The notes: generated by a model not told the origin, from the sequence alone. A stretch of DNA of 64,000 bases from an uncultured Thermoleophilia bacterium (GCA_963834905.1 CAWIDR010000021.1:447-64446), one strand, 5' to 3'; positions 24,318 through 36,377 are shown, numbered from the stretch's first letter. Numbers and translations are program-made.

Positions 24318-27300
24318 GCCCGCGTACCAAGGCTGCCGTCCAGCTCACCGTCGACGGCCGCCAGCTCACCGCCCGCGAGGGCGAGACCGTGCTCGAGGTG
24401 GCGCGGCGCGAAGGGATCGACATCCCCGCGCTCTGCCACCAGGAGGGCATGGCCGCGTGGGGCGCCTGCCGCCTGTGCATGGTCGAGGTCGAAGGCCTCG
24501 ACAAGCTCCAGGCGGCCTGCACCACGTGGGTCAAGGACGGCCAGGTCGTCAAGACGGACACCAAGCGCGTCCGCGCGCGCCGCGAGAGCTACCTCAAGAT
24601 GTACCTCTCGGACCACAACGCCTACTGTGAGGCGCCGTGCTCGCACGCCTGCCCCACGCACATCGACATCCCCGCGTACATGGAGGCGCTGGCCTCCGGC
24701 GACGCCTCCGGCGCGGCCAGCATCGTGCGTGACGAGCTGCCGTTCCCCGGCATCCTCGGGCGCGTGTGCCCGCGCTACTGCGAGCCGGTGTGCCGCCGCG
24801 GTGACGTGGACGAGCCCATCGCCATCTGCGCCCTCCATCGGGCGGCCGCCGACCACAGCGGCACGGTCCTGGTGCCGGGCATGCCGACCGGCCGGAGGGT
24901 CGCCGTCATCGGCGCCGGCCCGGCCGGCCTCACCGCCGCCTGGTTCCTCACGCAGGGCGGCCACGAGGTCACCATCTACGACGCCAACGAGGAGCCGGGC
25001 GGGTCGCTGCGCTACAGCATCCCCGAGTTCCGCCTCCCCGGGAAGGTCGTCGAGAAGGAGCTCGAGCCGCTCTGGGACGCCGGCGTGCGCTTCATCGGCG
25101 AGTCCGAGCTGGGCTACGAGGTCGACCCCGACGGGCTCTTCGACGCCGGGTTCGACGCGGTGATCATCAGCGTCGGCAACTGGGAGGAGTCGCGTCACGT
25201 CATCCCCGGTGACGACGTCGCCCTGAACGGCCTCGAGCTGCTCAAGCGGTCGCGCGAGGGCCGGGCCGTGAAGTTCACCCAGAAGGTCGTCGTCATCGGC
25301 GACGGCATCACCGCGTTCGACGTCGCCCGCACGGCGCGCCGCAAGGGCGCCAAAGAGGTCGTCGTCATCGCCCAGCACGAGGCCGACGACATCCCGGCCG
25401 GCGCCCGCGACCTCGCCGCCGCCCTCGAGGAGGGCGTCAAGGTCGAGTTCGGCGCCCTGACCAAGAAGGTCAAGACCAAGGGCGGCAAGGCGCAGGGCGT
25501 CGAGTGCGTCCGCGTCGTGCGCGAGAAGGGCCGCCGCAAGGAGCTCCGCGGCTCGCGCTTCGAAGTCGCCGCGACGACCGTCGTCATGGCGACCGGCTAC
25601 GCGCCCAGGCTCGGCGACAGCGCCGACTACCTGCCGCTGGCCGACTCGCGGCTCATCGCCAACTACTACACCGGCCGCACGCCGGAAGAAGGCGTGTTCG
25701 CCGCCGGCGACGCGCTCACCGGCTCGCGGTCCGTCATCCACGCCGTGGCCGGCGGCAAGCGCTCCGCGCTCGCCGTCGACGCCTGGCTGCGCGGCGAGGA
25801 CCTCGAACGGCTCGAGGAGAAGCTGGCCGTCTACAACGGCCTGCCCTACCTCGACCAGCTCAAGGACGAGGCGCAGCTCGGCGAGCTCGGCGCGCGTCTC
25901 GCCGAGCGCAGCCCCGTGTGGCTCAAGATGGGCGCGAGCGCCGAGTCCGCGGCTCGCGCCACCATGCCCAAGGTCGGCAAGCAGAAGCGCCTCACGGCCA
26001 CCGACCTCGAGGTCGAGAAGGGCTACAGCCTCGCCGCCGCCCGCGCGGAGGCCTCACGCTGCCTGCAGTGCGAGTGCCCCAGCAACGGCGCCTGCGACCT
26101 GCAGAAGCTCGGCGTCGACTACGACATCACCGACAACGACCTCGTCGTCAAGGGCAACCTGGTCCGCCAGGTCGAGCCCCAGTACGAGCACCCGTTCATC
26201 CGCCGCGACATGAGCCGCTGCATCGCCTGCGGCAAGTGCGTGCGCGTGTGCCGGGACGTCGCCGGCCCGGCCTGCTACGACTTCACGGGCCGGGGCTTCG
26301 GGATCAACGTCGACACGCCCTACAGCGACGCCCTGCAGCTCGCCGACTGCATCAGCTGCGGCCGCTGCGTCACCGTCGTGCCCCACCGGCGCGCTCACGT
26401 TCAACGAGCGCGAACTGACCTCGTTCAAGGTCGACGAGAGCCGCTGCATCCTGTGCCACGAGTGCGTGGACGTGTGCCCGGTGGACGCCATCAAGGACAC
26501 CAACCACTTCGAGGACGCCCGCGACAAGTGGCGCGAGCTCGTCGCCAAGGGCAGCGAGCTGGCCGGCGGCCACCGCATGTGCGCCGGCTGCGGCGCCCCG
26601 ATCGCCGTGCGCCAGATCCTGATGGGCACGGAAGACCCCGTCGTCGTCTCGGCGGCCACCGGCTGCCTCGAGGTGAGCACCACCATCTACCCCTACACCT
26701 CGTGGAAGGGCAGCTACATCCACACCGCCTTCGAGAACTCGGCCGCGACGCTCTCCGGCGTCGAGACCGCGTACCGCGCCCTGAAGAAGAAGGGCCTCAT
26801 GGCGGAGGAGACCAAGTTCATCGCCTTCGGCGGCGACGGCGGCACCTACGACATCGGCCTGCAGTCGCTCTCCGGCGCCATGGAGCGTGGCCACCAGATG
26901 CTGTACGTCTGCTACGACAACGGCGCCTACATGAACACCGGGTTCCAGCGCTCCGGCGCGACGCCGCAGGGCGCCTGGACCACCACCAGCCCGGTCGGCA
27001 AGGCGCAGTCCGGCAAGATCCAGAACCGCAAGAACCTCACCGACATCATGATCGCCCACGAGCTCGGCTACGTGGCCCAGGCCTCGCCGCACGACCCGCG
27101 CGACCTCGTGCGCAAGTCGGCCAAGGCCCTGGACACGCCGGGCGCCACGTTCATCAACGTGCTGGCGCCCTGCCCGCGCGGCTGGCGTGCGGACGGCGCA
27201 GAGACCATCGACCTCGCCCGCGAGGCCGTGGAGACCTGCTACTGGCCGCTGTTCGAGGTCGTGGACGGCGAGTACCGGCTGACCTACCGGCCGCACCACA

Positions 27301-27494
27301 AGAAGCCGCTGATCCCGTGGCTCAAGCGCCAGGGCCGCTTCGCCCACCTGTTCAAGCCCGGCAACGAGGAGTCGCTCCTCAATCTCGAGGCCTGGGTGGA
27401 CAACGAGTGGGAGAAGCTCCTGCGCAAGTGCGGCGAGCCCAGCGAGGCCGAGTGGCAGGAGTACCTGCAGGCCAACGGCTGCCTGCTCCGCTAG
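24314..27494 (+). CDS. Fusion of NuoG-type Fe-S + GltD-like flavin domain (StnC-like) + extra 4Fe-4S + 2-oxoacid oxidoreductase beta subunit (PorB); one frameshift near 26378
   Basis: IPALC/GACRLCMVE/QAAC 2Fe-2S; APCSHACP, GRVCPRYCEPVC, IGAGPAG GltD; CIACGKC, CISCGRCVTV/CPTGAL, CILCHECVDVCP; CAGCG, GCLEV, FGGDGGTYDIG...YDNGAYMNTG, CPRGW PorB. Confidence 0.85.
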
Positions 27495-27547
27495 AAGCGG
27501 CATCCGCGCCGCTAGAGTCGCAGGCGGCTACCAGCCGGACGGACAGA

Positions 27548-27588
27548 CAGAAGGGCCGGGGCGCCGCGAGGCGCCCCGGCCCTTTCTG
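27548..27588 (+). terminator. Terminator closing the por operon
   Basis: CAGAAGGGCCGGGGCGCC-GCGA-GGCGCCCCGGCCCTTTCTG. Confidence 0.85.
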
Positions 27589-27617
27589 CGTCCCTGGGGG
27601 CCGGCGCCGGCCGCCGG

Positions 27618-28748
27618 TCAGCGGAAGACGGCCTCCAGGTAGTACACCCAGAACGCCGGGATCTCCCGGACCACCGAGTACGGCGTCTGCGGGATCGGCG
27701 TCGACGTGCCGGCCGGCACCGTGAGCACGTTCCAGCCGGCTCGCTGGTAGGCCAGCTTGATGCGCGGCAGGTGGTAGAACTGGCTCACCGCGAGGATGCG
27801 CGTCCACCCGTCGGCGCCGAAGAACGGCACCGTGTCGGCGACGGTCGCGTTGGTGCTCACGCCGTTGGAGTCGATGACCACGTCGTGGGCGGGCACGCCG
27901 GCCTTGACGGCGATGTCGCGCATCACGATCGCCTCGTTGAACCCGCTGTCCCCCACGCCGCCCGAGACGAGGATGCGCTTCACGAGGTGGTCCTTGTAGA
28001 GACGGATCGCCGTCGTCATCCGGTCGTTGAGAGAAGTCGAGGCCAGGCCGTTCTCGTGCACCTGGGCGCCGAAGACGACGGCCACGTCGGCGGGCCGCCG
28101 GTAGTCGGTCTTGCCGAAGAAGAAGACCTGGGCGACCGGGAAGAGGAGCACGCAGGCCGCGGCGGTGACGACCAGGACGGCGGCCGCGGCGAGCCGCCGG
28201 CGCCGCGGCGCCGGCGGCCGGAACGCGGCCCAGGCGATGAACACGAGCAGGACGCAGACGACGAAGGAGAGCGGGACGGGCAGGCCCGGGTGCAGCTGGC
28301 CGCTCTGCCAGGCGCGGTAGAAGTCCACGCCGTTCCAGGCGGTGACGACGGCGAACGCGAGACAGAGGCCGATGGTCGACCAGAGCCTCCAGGGCCGCAT
28401 CCGCGGCGCCACGACGTAGGCGAGGAGCGCCGCGGCGAGCAGCGCGAGCAGACCCGCGTGGGCGATCCGGCCGCCGAGCGGGAGCGCCACCCACCAGATG
28501 TTGAAGTCGAGTGTCTCGTGGCGCCAGGAGCCGACGACGTTGACGAGCGTGAAGCCGCCGACGAACAGCGCCAGGCCCCGGGAGATGGCGGAGAGGGCCC
28601 AGTTGCGATCCTTGGCGGGCGGAGAGGGCCGGAGCGCCGGCGCGGCCGAGGCGACGGGCTCGCCGGGTGCCTGCGGACTGCCGGCCACCGGCAGGGGAGC
28701 CGGCTCGCCGGCGCCGGGGGCCCCACGCAGTCCGGCGTCCGCGCTCAT
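27618..28748 (-). CDS. YdcF/SanA (DUF218) family membrane protein
   Basis: Several N-terminal TM helices then AVVFGA, LVSGG, NEAIVM, GVSTNAT, VSQFYHLPR. Confidence 0.82.
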   Translation of the reverse strand: MSADAGLRGAPGAGEPAPLPVAGSPQAPGEPVASAAPALRPSPPAKDRNWALSAISRGLALFVGGFTLVNVVGSWRHETLDFNIWWVALPLGGRIAHAGLLALLAAALLAYVVAPRMRPWRLWSTIGLCLAFAVVTAWNGVDFYRAWQSGQLHPGLPVPLSFVVCVLLVFIAWAAFRPPAPRRRRLAAAAVLVVTAAACVLLFPVAQVFFFGKTDYRRPADVAVVFGAQVHENGLASTSLNDRMTTAIRLYKDHLVKRILVSGGVGDSGFNEAIVMRDIAVKAGVPAHDVVIDSNGVSTNATVADTVPFFGADGWTRILAVSQFYHLPRIKLAYQRAGWNVLTVPAGTSTPIPQTPYSVVREIPAFWVYYLEAVFR

Positions 28749-28794
28749 GCGCCGGACTGTATCATGGCCGGGCTCGCCCAAGGCTGAGGGCGAC

Positions 28795-29126
28795 ATGCGG
28801 CGAACTGAGGAGACCATGCAGGGTGTGCGGGTGGCGCCCCACTTCCTGGTCGGCCATGGTCGGTGATCGTCGTCCCGACGTTCGCCGAGGAGAGTCTCAC
28901 GTCGTGGATGGAGCGCTTCGTCTGGTACGAACGCGTGCTCGTACGGCTGCCGGTCGACATCGTCGTGACGCTCCTCGTCGGCGGCGTCATCGGCGTGCTC
29001 GAGGTGACGCTGGCGCACGCGCTGATCGCCGACCAGCGGCGGCGGCGCGAAGCGAGGCGGCGGCCGTGGCGGCCGCCGGCTCCGGCAGCGCCCGCGGCGG
29101 CCCGGCCTCAGGACGCCGACAGGTAA
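28795..29126 (+). CDS. Small hypothetical membrane protein (probably frameshifted)
   Basis: Hydrophobic stretch IVVTLLVGGVIGVLEVTLAHALI; start uncertain. Confidence 0.35.
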
Positions 29127-30038
29127 CGCTGGGCGGCGGCGGCGGCCGTCGACCCCTCGGCCACGGCGGTCGCGATCATGCGCACCTTGCCCGGGTAGGC
29201 GGCGAAGTCGCCGACGGCGTACACGCCGGGCAGGCTGGTCTCCATGGCGGAGTCGACGTCGATCTTGGACCCGGAGAGCCCGAGCCCCCAGTGCTCGATG
29301 CCGGAGAGGTCGGGGACCTGGCCGATGCTCACCAGGACGAGGTCGGCCGGAAGTTCCAGCGACGACTCGTCGGGCCGCTGGATGACGATGCTCTCAAGGC
29401 GCTCCTTGCCCTTGAGGCCGACCACCTCGCCGTTGCTGACGACCTCGATGCCGGCCTCCGCGAAGCGGTCCTGCGTGTGCGCGAAGGCGCGGAACTCGTC
29501 GCGCCGGCGCACCACCGTGACCTCGGCGACCTCACGCAGCGAGAGCGCCGTGTCCAGGGCCGTGTCGCCGCCGCCGACGACGACGGCGCGCTTGGCGCGC
29601 ACCTCCTCGAGCGGCGGCAGCCGGTAGGCGAGCCCCTTGCCGAGGAAGCGGTCCTCGTCGGGCAGGCCGAGCCGGCGCGGGGTGAACCGGCCGAGGCCGA
29701 GCGCCAGCACCAGCGTCTTCGCGTCGTCCTGGCGCAGCGAGCCGTCGATCTTGAAGCCGCCGTCCCTCGGGCCTGACGTCCTCTACGGCGCGCCACTCTC
29801 TGAGCTCGGCGCCGAACTGCTCGGCCTGCTCGGCCAGGCGCAGCGCGAGCTCCCGCGACGGCAGCGACGGCTGCGCCGGGAAGTTGCTCACCGGCTTGGT
29901 CGGATACAGGTTGATGAGCTGGCCGCCGAAAGCCTCCGCCTCGTAGACGACGGCGCCGAGGCCGCGCAGGCCGGCATACATGGCCGTGGCCAGCCCCGCC
30001 GGCCCGCCGCCGATGATCGCGATGTCGTAGGTGCTCAT
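29108..30038 (-). CDS. Thioredoxin-reductase-fold ferredoxin--NADP+ reductase (YumC type; frameshift near 29770)
   Basis: IIGGGPAG, GGQLINLYPTKPV, VVGGGDTALD, VRRRDEFRA, YAVGDFAAYPGK; no redox CxxC. Confidence 0.82.
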
Positions 30039-30181
30039 GCCGGGCTCCCTGCTCGAGTGTCAGTCCGAGCGTTCCACGATTCGAGCTGTGCTCACACTCA
30101 CAATCCGCCCCGGAGGCGCTCCGAAGGGCCCGTCAACGAGCTTCTCAGTACGCGCCGCCCGCCCCGGCCTCCTGAGCCCGA

Positions 30182-31541
30182 TCAGGCGACGCGCTCGGCG
30201 CCTCCGCCGCCGGCGGCCTCGTCGCCGGGAACGCACGTGATCGCCGGCTCCGGGCCGAAGCAGCCCGGCGATTCCACCTCGAGGCCGGGCTCGACCAGGG
30301 GCTCTCTCGCGGCGGGCTCCGCGGGCTCCGCCCGCTCCGCCCGCCGCGCCACGCCGAGCAGCGGGACGCTCGCGGCCTGGACCACTCCTCCGACCAGCCA
30401 CGCGAACGGGATCGACACCGCCTGCGACACCCAGCCGAGGCCGACCTGCCCCACCGTGGAGCCGCCGTCGCCGAACAGCGCGTCCAGCGAGATGATGGTC
30501 GCGCGCTGCTGCGACGGGATGCGCGAGTTCAGCCAGCCCTGCTTGACCGGCATCGAGATGCCGAAGGCGATCGTCGAGACCAGGTAGAGCGGCACGGCGA
30601 CCCAGAACTGCTGCACCAGCGCGGCGCCGATGACCGCCACCGTCGTCACCCCGCTGCACACCATGAGGATCAGGCCGCGGTCGGGGACGCGCGCCGTGAT
30701 CCGTCCGACCAGCAGGTTGCCGAAGATCTGCGTGAGACCGACGAGCGCGGCGATCACACCCGTGACCCAGACCAGGTCCTTGCCGAGCAGGTCGAGGAAG
30801 TACTTCTGCCACGAGTAGAACCCGTACATGAAGAACACGCCCTGGACCAGCGACGCGAACATGATGAAGCGGATCACGCGGTCGTGGAGGCCGTAGGTGA
30901 CCCCGTCGGTGGCGATGCGCCGCGTCTCGCGGCCGAAGCTGCCGACCGTGAGCGGCCGCGCCTTGAAGCCGAGGTCGCGCATGACGAGCAGTCCGAGCAG
31001 GAACGCGGGCACCAGCACGACCGCCCGCGCCACGTACGGGATCCACAGGTCGACCTGGCCCAGCAGGCCACCCAGCGTGGTGCCGATCAGCATGAAGATG
31101 CCGAACATGACCCCGTAGCGGGCGAAGATCGGCTCCAGGCGGCCCTCGTACCCCACCGAGTGCAGCGCGTCCACCATCCACGCGTCCACGGCGCCGGTGT
31201 AGAAGGTGTAGCCGATGCCCAGCAGCGCCGACGCGGCGACGAACGGCCAGATGCCGTAGCCCGCCAGGCCGAAGCCGACGTAGAGCAGCGTCGAGACGAG
31301 GATCGTCCCCACGGCCACGCAGATAGGACATGCGGCGGCCGACCGTGTCTGCCACGACCCCGGTCGGCACCTCGAAGATGACCTGCGCCACCGTGTAGGC
31401 GGCGTTGACCAGCATGACCTGGAAGATGTCGAGCCCCACCGACAGCAGGAACAGCGTGTTGACGCCCCAGATGAGCGACTGGGCGAGCGTCGTGGTGGCG
31501 GCCACACCGAGGTAGGTACGGATGATGCGTTGCGAAGTCAT
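30182..31541 (-). CDS. MFS transporter (frameshift near 31325)
   Basis: FEVPTGVVADTVGRR motif A, about 12 hydrophobic segments, IPSQQRATIIS. Confidence 0.88.
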
Positions 31542-31611
31542 GGGCAGCATGTTCCCCGCTGGAGGGGGCGCAACCCAAAGGACGGTTCCGCGCAGCCCGC
31601 GGTGAGACGCG

Positions 31612-32520
31612 CTACTGGCGGGGGAGGATCTTGACCAGCTCGTTCGAAAGGCGCGACTGCCACATGCGCGCGCCGCGGTCGAACAGATGGTGCATGTCCC
31701 AGTAGTCCTTGGTGGGGATGGCGACGGACCTGGTGAAGTGCACGTAGCGGACGCCGTACTTCTTGCCGTAGGTGCTCACAAGCCGGTCGCAGCCGTTGCG
31801 GATGGAGAGGCGCGGCTTGTCGAGCCCGGTGCCGACGATCTTCATGTCGAGGGGCTGGTCGAGGAGGACCGGGCGCAGGCCTTTGGCGGCACACGACTTG
31901 ATGATCCGGGTGAGGGACGCGAAATTCTTCGCGCGGTTGGCCTGGAACCCGGTCCAGCGGCGTTCCATCCAGCGCGGGACGAGCTCGCGCTTGCGCGTGA
32001 GCGAGAGCGGCGGGCGGCCGTCGTAGACGTGCCGCTGCCACGGGCTGAGCGTGGGCTCGACGCCCGGCGTGGCTGGAGCCAGGTCGACGGGCGTCTTCTT
32101 GAGCGGCGGGCCGATGAAGCGGCTGATGCCGACACCGATGAGGACGATGCCCTTGGGCTGGCCGTCGGGCGTCGCCGGGATCTTCCCGACCAGTTGCTCG
32201 TCCATGCCGAACGTCTGGTTGTGACCGGCGAGCGACCACGCCCGCGGCAGCGTCTTGTTCGCCCTCGAGGCACGCGCGTCCAGCTGGCTGGTCCACCGGC
32301 TGTCGCTGGTGATGGACTCTCGCGTGATGGAGTCGCCGAGGTCGTAGACCATGGGCCCTGACGGCGGCTGGACCTGGCCCTGCAGGTAGCCGACGAGACG
32401 GAGCACCTCCCACTCGTGCTGCCAGTCGTCAACGCCGGCAAAGGCGGAGGACGTCGGGAGAAGCACGAGCAGGGCCAGCACGGCAAGCGCGACGACCAGC
32501 GCGGCGCGCGCGCCGGACAA
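31612..32520 (-). CDS. Secreted SGNH/GDSL-like protein
   Basis: Signal peptide ending SAFA; LGDSIT block and DYWDMHHL D-x-x-H motif; start may lie at 32551 with a frameshift. Confidence 0.55.
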   Translation of the reverse strand: MSGARAALVVALAVLALLVLLPTSSAFAGVDDWQHEWEVLRLVGYLQGQVQPPSGPMVYDLGDSITRESITSDSRWTSQLDARASRANKTLPRAWSLAGHNQTFGMDEQLVGKIPATPDGQPKGIVLIGVGISRFIGPPLKKTPVDLAPATPGVEPTLSPWQRHVYDGRPPLSLTRKRELVPRWMERRWTGFQANRAKNFASLTRIIKSCAAKGLRPVLLDQPLDMKIVGTGLDKPRLSIRNGCDRLVSTYGKKYGVRYVHFTRSVAIPTKDYWDMHHLFDRGARMWQSRLSNELVKILPRQ

Positions 32521-32628
32521 GCGGCGAGACGAGTGTGGACGGCCCCTTCATCACTCGATCAGTGTAACTCACCTTGGCGAGAGCTGTCGCCATCGGCGTG
32601 CGGCCGCGGCCGCTGAAGAGGGCCCGCC

Positions 32629-33417
32629 TCAGACAGGCGTGTCGGCCGGGCAGGCCGGCAGATCGCACTCCAGCCGGCCGTCGCGGAGCACGATCGTGCG
32701 GTCGAAGTACCGCTGGATCTCCGGGTTGTGCGTGACCATCACGATGGTGTTGCCCTCGCGGTGGAGCTCGGCGAAGAGGTCCATGATCTCCACCGTCGTC
32801 TCGCTGTCGAGGGCGCCGGTCGGCTCGTCGGCGAGGATGAGCGGCGGCTCGTTGACGAGCGCGCGGGCGATGGCCACGCGCTCCTGCTCGCCGCCCGAGA
32901 GCTTGCCGGGCAGGTGCCCGCCGCGGTCGGCGAGCCCGACGCGCTCCAGCACCTCGCGCGCCCGGGAGCGCTTCTCCGCCGACGGCATCTTCTTGACCGC
33001 CAGCGGCAGCGTGACGTTCTCGAGCGCCGTCAGGTACGGCACGAGGTTGAACGACTGGAAGACGAACCCCAGGTACTCGCGGCGGAAGTCGGCGAGCCGC
33101 TCTCCGGGGAGCCCGTAGAGGTCGATGCCGTCGACGGCGATGGAGCCGGCGGTCGGGTGGCTGAGGCCGCCGAGCATGGCGAGGAAGGTGCTCTTGCCCG
33201 ACCCGGACTGGCCCATGACGCCGAGGAACGAGCCCTCGGGGACGACGAGGTCCAGGCCGCGGAGGGCGTGCACGGGAGCGCCGTCGCCCGCGAAGGTCTT
33301 CTGGAGGCCGCGCACGTCGATGAACCGCGCGGCCCGCTCGTCCTGCGCGGACGCGGCCGCCGGCGCGGATGCCTCCGGGCGGATCTCCTGGTCGGTCTCC
33401 CTCATGACGACAGCCAT
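32629..33417 (-). CDS. ABC transporter ATP-binding protein (LolD/MacB family)
   Basis: [37 protein letters not shown]. Confidence 0.93.
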   Translation of the reverse strand: MAVVMRETDQEIRPEASAPAAASAQDERAARFIDVRGLQKTFAGDGAPVHALRGLDLVVPEGSFLGVMGQSGSGKSTFLAMLGGLSHPTAGSIAVDGIDLYGLPGERLADFRREYLGFVFQSFNLVPYLTALENVTLPLAVKKMPSAEKRSRAREVLERVGLADRGGHLPGKLSGGEQERVAIARALVNEPPLILADEPTGALDSETTVEIMDLFAELHREGNTIVMVTHNPEIQRYFDRTIVLRDGRLECDLPACPADTPV

Positions 33418-33448
33418 TGTACTCTCTCCTTGCAGGAGGCCTCGCGCG

Positions 33449-34606
33449 TCACAGCGCGCGAAGTGCCTCGGTGGGGTCCATCTTGCCGGCGCGGAGCGCC
33501 GGATACAGTGAGGCCAGGCCGCCGATGGCGACGGCCAGGACGACGGCGGCGAGACCGAGCAGCGGCGCCCACGCCACCTCGGCGCTGTGCGCGACGAGGG
33601 GCAGCACGACGGAGGTGATGGCCATCCCCGCCGCGTACCCGAGCACGCCGGCGATGGTGCTGGCGATGACCGCCTCGATGAGGATCAGCCGGGTGATGTG
33701 GACCCGGCGGAACCCGATGGCGCGGAACACGCCGATCTCGCGCGTGCGCTCGCTGACCGAGCCCATCACGGTGATGAAGACGACGAGCGCCTCGATCGCG
33801 ATCACGACCCCCACGATGGCATAGCTGAACCGGCGGAACTGGTCGACCGCCTGCTGGCGGCTCTTGACCGCCTCCTGCATGGCCGTGACCTTGGCCTGCG
33901 GCAGGGCGGCGCCGATCTCGCCGGCGATCCTGTCCACGGGCGCGCCGGCGTAGAGCGCCGCGATCTCGATCAGCGTCAGCTTGCCCGGCTCGCGCAGCAC
34001 CTGCTGGGCGGCGCCGAGGTCGACGATGAGGAGGCTGTCGTCCTGCGAGCCGGTCTCGCGCAGGACACCCGTGACCGTGAAGCGACGGCCGCCGATGCGC
34101 ACGTAGTCGCCCATGGTGAGGCCGAGCGTCTTTGCCGCGGCCGCCCCGGCGATGAGCTCGTGGTCGTTGGTCGGCGCGTGCCCGGAGCCGACCGACCACC
34201 AGCGCTTGAGCTTGAACTGCTGCTCCGGCTGCACGCCGAGCAGCAGGACGCGGTGGTCCTTGACGGTGACCGCGCCGACCAGCTGCGGCGCCACCACCGA
34301 GATGTCGGCGCGGCTCGCGATGGTCCCGATGCGCGCCGCGTCCGCCTGCGAGAGGGACTGCTGCCCCACGGAGACCCCGCCGGCGGAGATGCCGCCGTAG
34401 CTGAGGCTCACGTCCTTGGTGCGCGGCGTCACGACGATGTTGGCGCCGTAGCTCTGCAGATTGGCCTTGGTCTGGCCGGTCATCGACTGGGTGATGGAGA
34501 TGAGCGCCACCACGGTGGCCACGCCGATCAGGAGGCCGGCGACGAGGAACGCGGCGCGGCCCTTGCGGCGGCGCAGATTGTTGAGCGCGACGGTGAGCAG
34601 GGTCAC
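33449..34606 (-). CDS. ABC transporter permease (FtsX/MacB type)
   Basis: NLRRRKGR, ERTREIGVFRAIG, PALRAGKMDPTEALR. Confidence 0.9.
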   Translation of the reverse strand: MTLLTVALNNLRRRKGRAAFLVAGLLIGVATVVALISITQSMTGQTKANLQSYGANIVVTPRTKDVSLSYGGISAGGVSVGQQSLSQADAARIGTIASRADISVVAPQLVGAVTVKDHRVLLLGVQPEQQFKLKRWWSVGSGHAPTNDHELIAGAAAAKTLGLTMGDYVRIGGRRFTVTGVLRETGSQDDSLLIVDLGAAQQVLREPGKLTLIEIAALYAGAPVDRIAGEIGAALPQAKVTAMQEAVKSRQQAVDQFRRFSYAIVGVVIAIEALVVFITVMGSVSERTREIGVFRAIGFRRVHITRLILIEAVIASTIAGVLGYAAGMAITSVVLPLVAHSAEVAWAPLLGLAAVVLAVAIGGLASLYPALRAGKMDPTEALRAL

Positions 34607-34615
34607 GGCCGGGCC

Positions 34616-35773
34616 TCAGAGCGCGCGCAGCGCGACGGTCGGGTCCATGCGGCTGGCGCGGAGCGCCGGGTAGAGCGAGGCGACGGCGCCGATGAGCACG
34701 GCGAGGCCGACGGCCCCGCCGGCGAGCGCCGGCGCCCACGTGACCGACACGCCGTCGCCGGCGAGCAGCGGCAGCAGGGCGTAGCTCACGCCCATGCCGG
34801 CGAGGTAGCCGAGCACGCCGGCGAGCAGGCTGGCGACCGACGCCTCGATGAGGATCAGGCCGGTCACGTGGAGGCGGCGGAAGCCGAGCGCGCGGAAGAT
34901 GCCTATCTCACGCGTGCGCTCGTTGACCGAGCCCATCATGGTGACGAACACGACCAGCGCCTCGATGCCGATGATCACGCCGGCGACGATCCAGCTGAAG
35001 GCGCGGAACTGGTCGATGGCGTGCATGCGGTTCTTGACCTTGTCCTGCATGGCGGTGACCTTGGTGCCGGGCAGCACGCCGCCGACCTGGGCGACGATCT
35101 TCTCCACGGGGCAGTTGCTGCAGAGCGCCGCGATCTGGATCATCGAGACCTTGCCCGGCTTGTGGAGCACCCCCTGGGCCGTGCCCAGGTCGGTGATCAG
35201 CAGGTTGTCGTCCTGGGAGCCGGTCGGACGCAGGATCCCGGTGACCGTGAACGGCCGCCCGTCCACGCGGATGACGGCGCCGGTGCGCAGCTTGAGCGCC
35301 GCGGCGGCCGCGGAGCCGGCCACGAGCTCGTGGCCGTTGCGCGGCGGCCGCCCATCCACGCTCCACCACTTCTTCAGGTCGAACTCGTTCTTGGGCTGCA
35401 CGCCCATGAGCAGGCCCTGCCGGCCCCCGACGCTGACGGCGCCCAGCAGCTCGGGAGCGATGATGGCGATGTTGCGGCGATTGGCGATCGTCGCGATGCG
35501 CGCCAGGTCGGCCTGCTCGATGTCCTGAGCGCCGGTGGAGACGGCGCCGAGAGTGACTCCGCCGTAGGTCAGCGACAGGCCGTCCGTCCGCGGCGCGACG
35601 ATGATGTTGGCGCCGTAGGTCTCCAGGTTGTTCTGGGCCTGCACGGTCAGCGCCTGGCTGAGCGTGAGCAGCGCCACCACGGTGCCGATGCCGACGAGCA
35701 GGCCGGCGACCAGGAACGCCGCGCGCGACTTGCGGCGCCGCAGGTTGCTGAAGGCGACGGTGCGGAGCTTCAC
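34616..35773 (-). CDS. ABC transporter permease (FtsX/MacB type) with extracellular CxxC
   Basis: Paralog of the neighbouring permease; ALCSNCPVE; ERTREIGIFRALG. Confidence 0.9.
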   Translation of the reverse strand: MKLRTVAFSNLRRRKSRAAFLVAGLLVGIGTVVALLTLSQALTVQAQNNLETYGANIIVAPRTDGLSLTYGGVTLGAVSTGAQDIEQADLARIATIANRRNIAIIAPELLGAVSVGGRQGLLMGVQPKNEFDLKKWWSVDGRPPRNGHELVAGSAAAAALKLRTGAVIRVDGRPFTVTGILRPTGSQDDNLLITDLGTAQGVLHKPGKVSMIQIAALCSNCPVEKIVAQVGGVLPGTKVTAMQDKVKNRMHAIDQFRAFSWIVAGVIIGIEALVVFVTMMGSVNERTREIGIFRALGFRRLHVTGLILIEASVASLLAGVLGYLAGMGVSYALLPLLAGDGVSVTWAPALAGGAVGLAVLIGAVASLYPALRASRMDPTVALRAL

Positions 35774-35813
35774 GGGGTCAGCTCTCGGTCCGGTCCGGGT
35801 TCAGGGTCCGGGA

Positions 35814-36377
35814 TCAGAAGTACTGCACGCCCTGGGCGAGGCTGTCGGGGGTGATGGTCAGCTGGCCGCCGGCGATCGTCTTGTCGACCGGGATGGGGTT
35901 GCAGCCGCCGGTGATGACGTTGATCTGGTCGCTGGGGAACACCTTGCCGCAGTTGTTGCAGACCATGGTGTCGCCCTCCTGGTGGTAGCCCTTCTTCTGG
36001 GCGAAGCACACCTCACAGGCGTCGAGGGCGACGCGGACCTTGCCGTTCTTGTCGGCGAGCACGAAGTACTTCACGGTCGTGCCGCCGGAGTCGAAGCTGT
36101 AGAAGTGCGCCTTGCCGTCGTTGACCTGGGAGATCGGGATGGTGACGTCGCCGCTCGGAGCGGCGGCGGTCGCCGTCGCGGTCTCGGTGCCGCCGCGGTT
36201 CATCATGACGAGCGCCGCGACCGCGATCAGGGCCACGAGCGCGACGCCCGCGAGGGCGAGATGAAGCCCCGTGCGGCTCTTGGGCTGCTCGAACTGCGCG
36301 CGCTTCTCCTGGCGTGCCGACGCCTGGGAGCTCTGCGTGCCACCGGTGCGCTTCTTCTTGTTCTGCTTCGCTGACAA
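35814..36377 (-). CDS. DUF2318 membrane-anchored Fe-S/metal-binding protein
   Basis: TM helix; ALDACEVC, GYHQEG, VCNNCG, GGCNPIP. Confidence 0.85.
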   Translation of the reverse strand: MSAKQNKKKRTGGTQSSQASARQEKRAQFEQPKSRTGLHLALAGVALVALIAVAALVMMNRGGTETATATAAAPSGDVTIPISQVNDGKAHFYSFDSGGTTVKYFVLADKNGKVRVALDACEVCFAQKKGYHQEGDTMVCNNCGKVFPSDQINVITGGCNPIPVDKTIAGGQLTITPDSLAQGVQYF

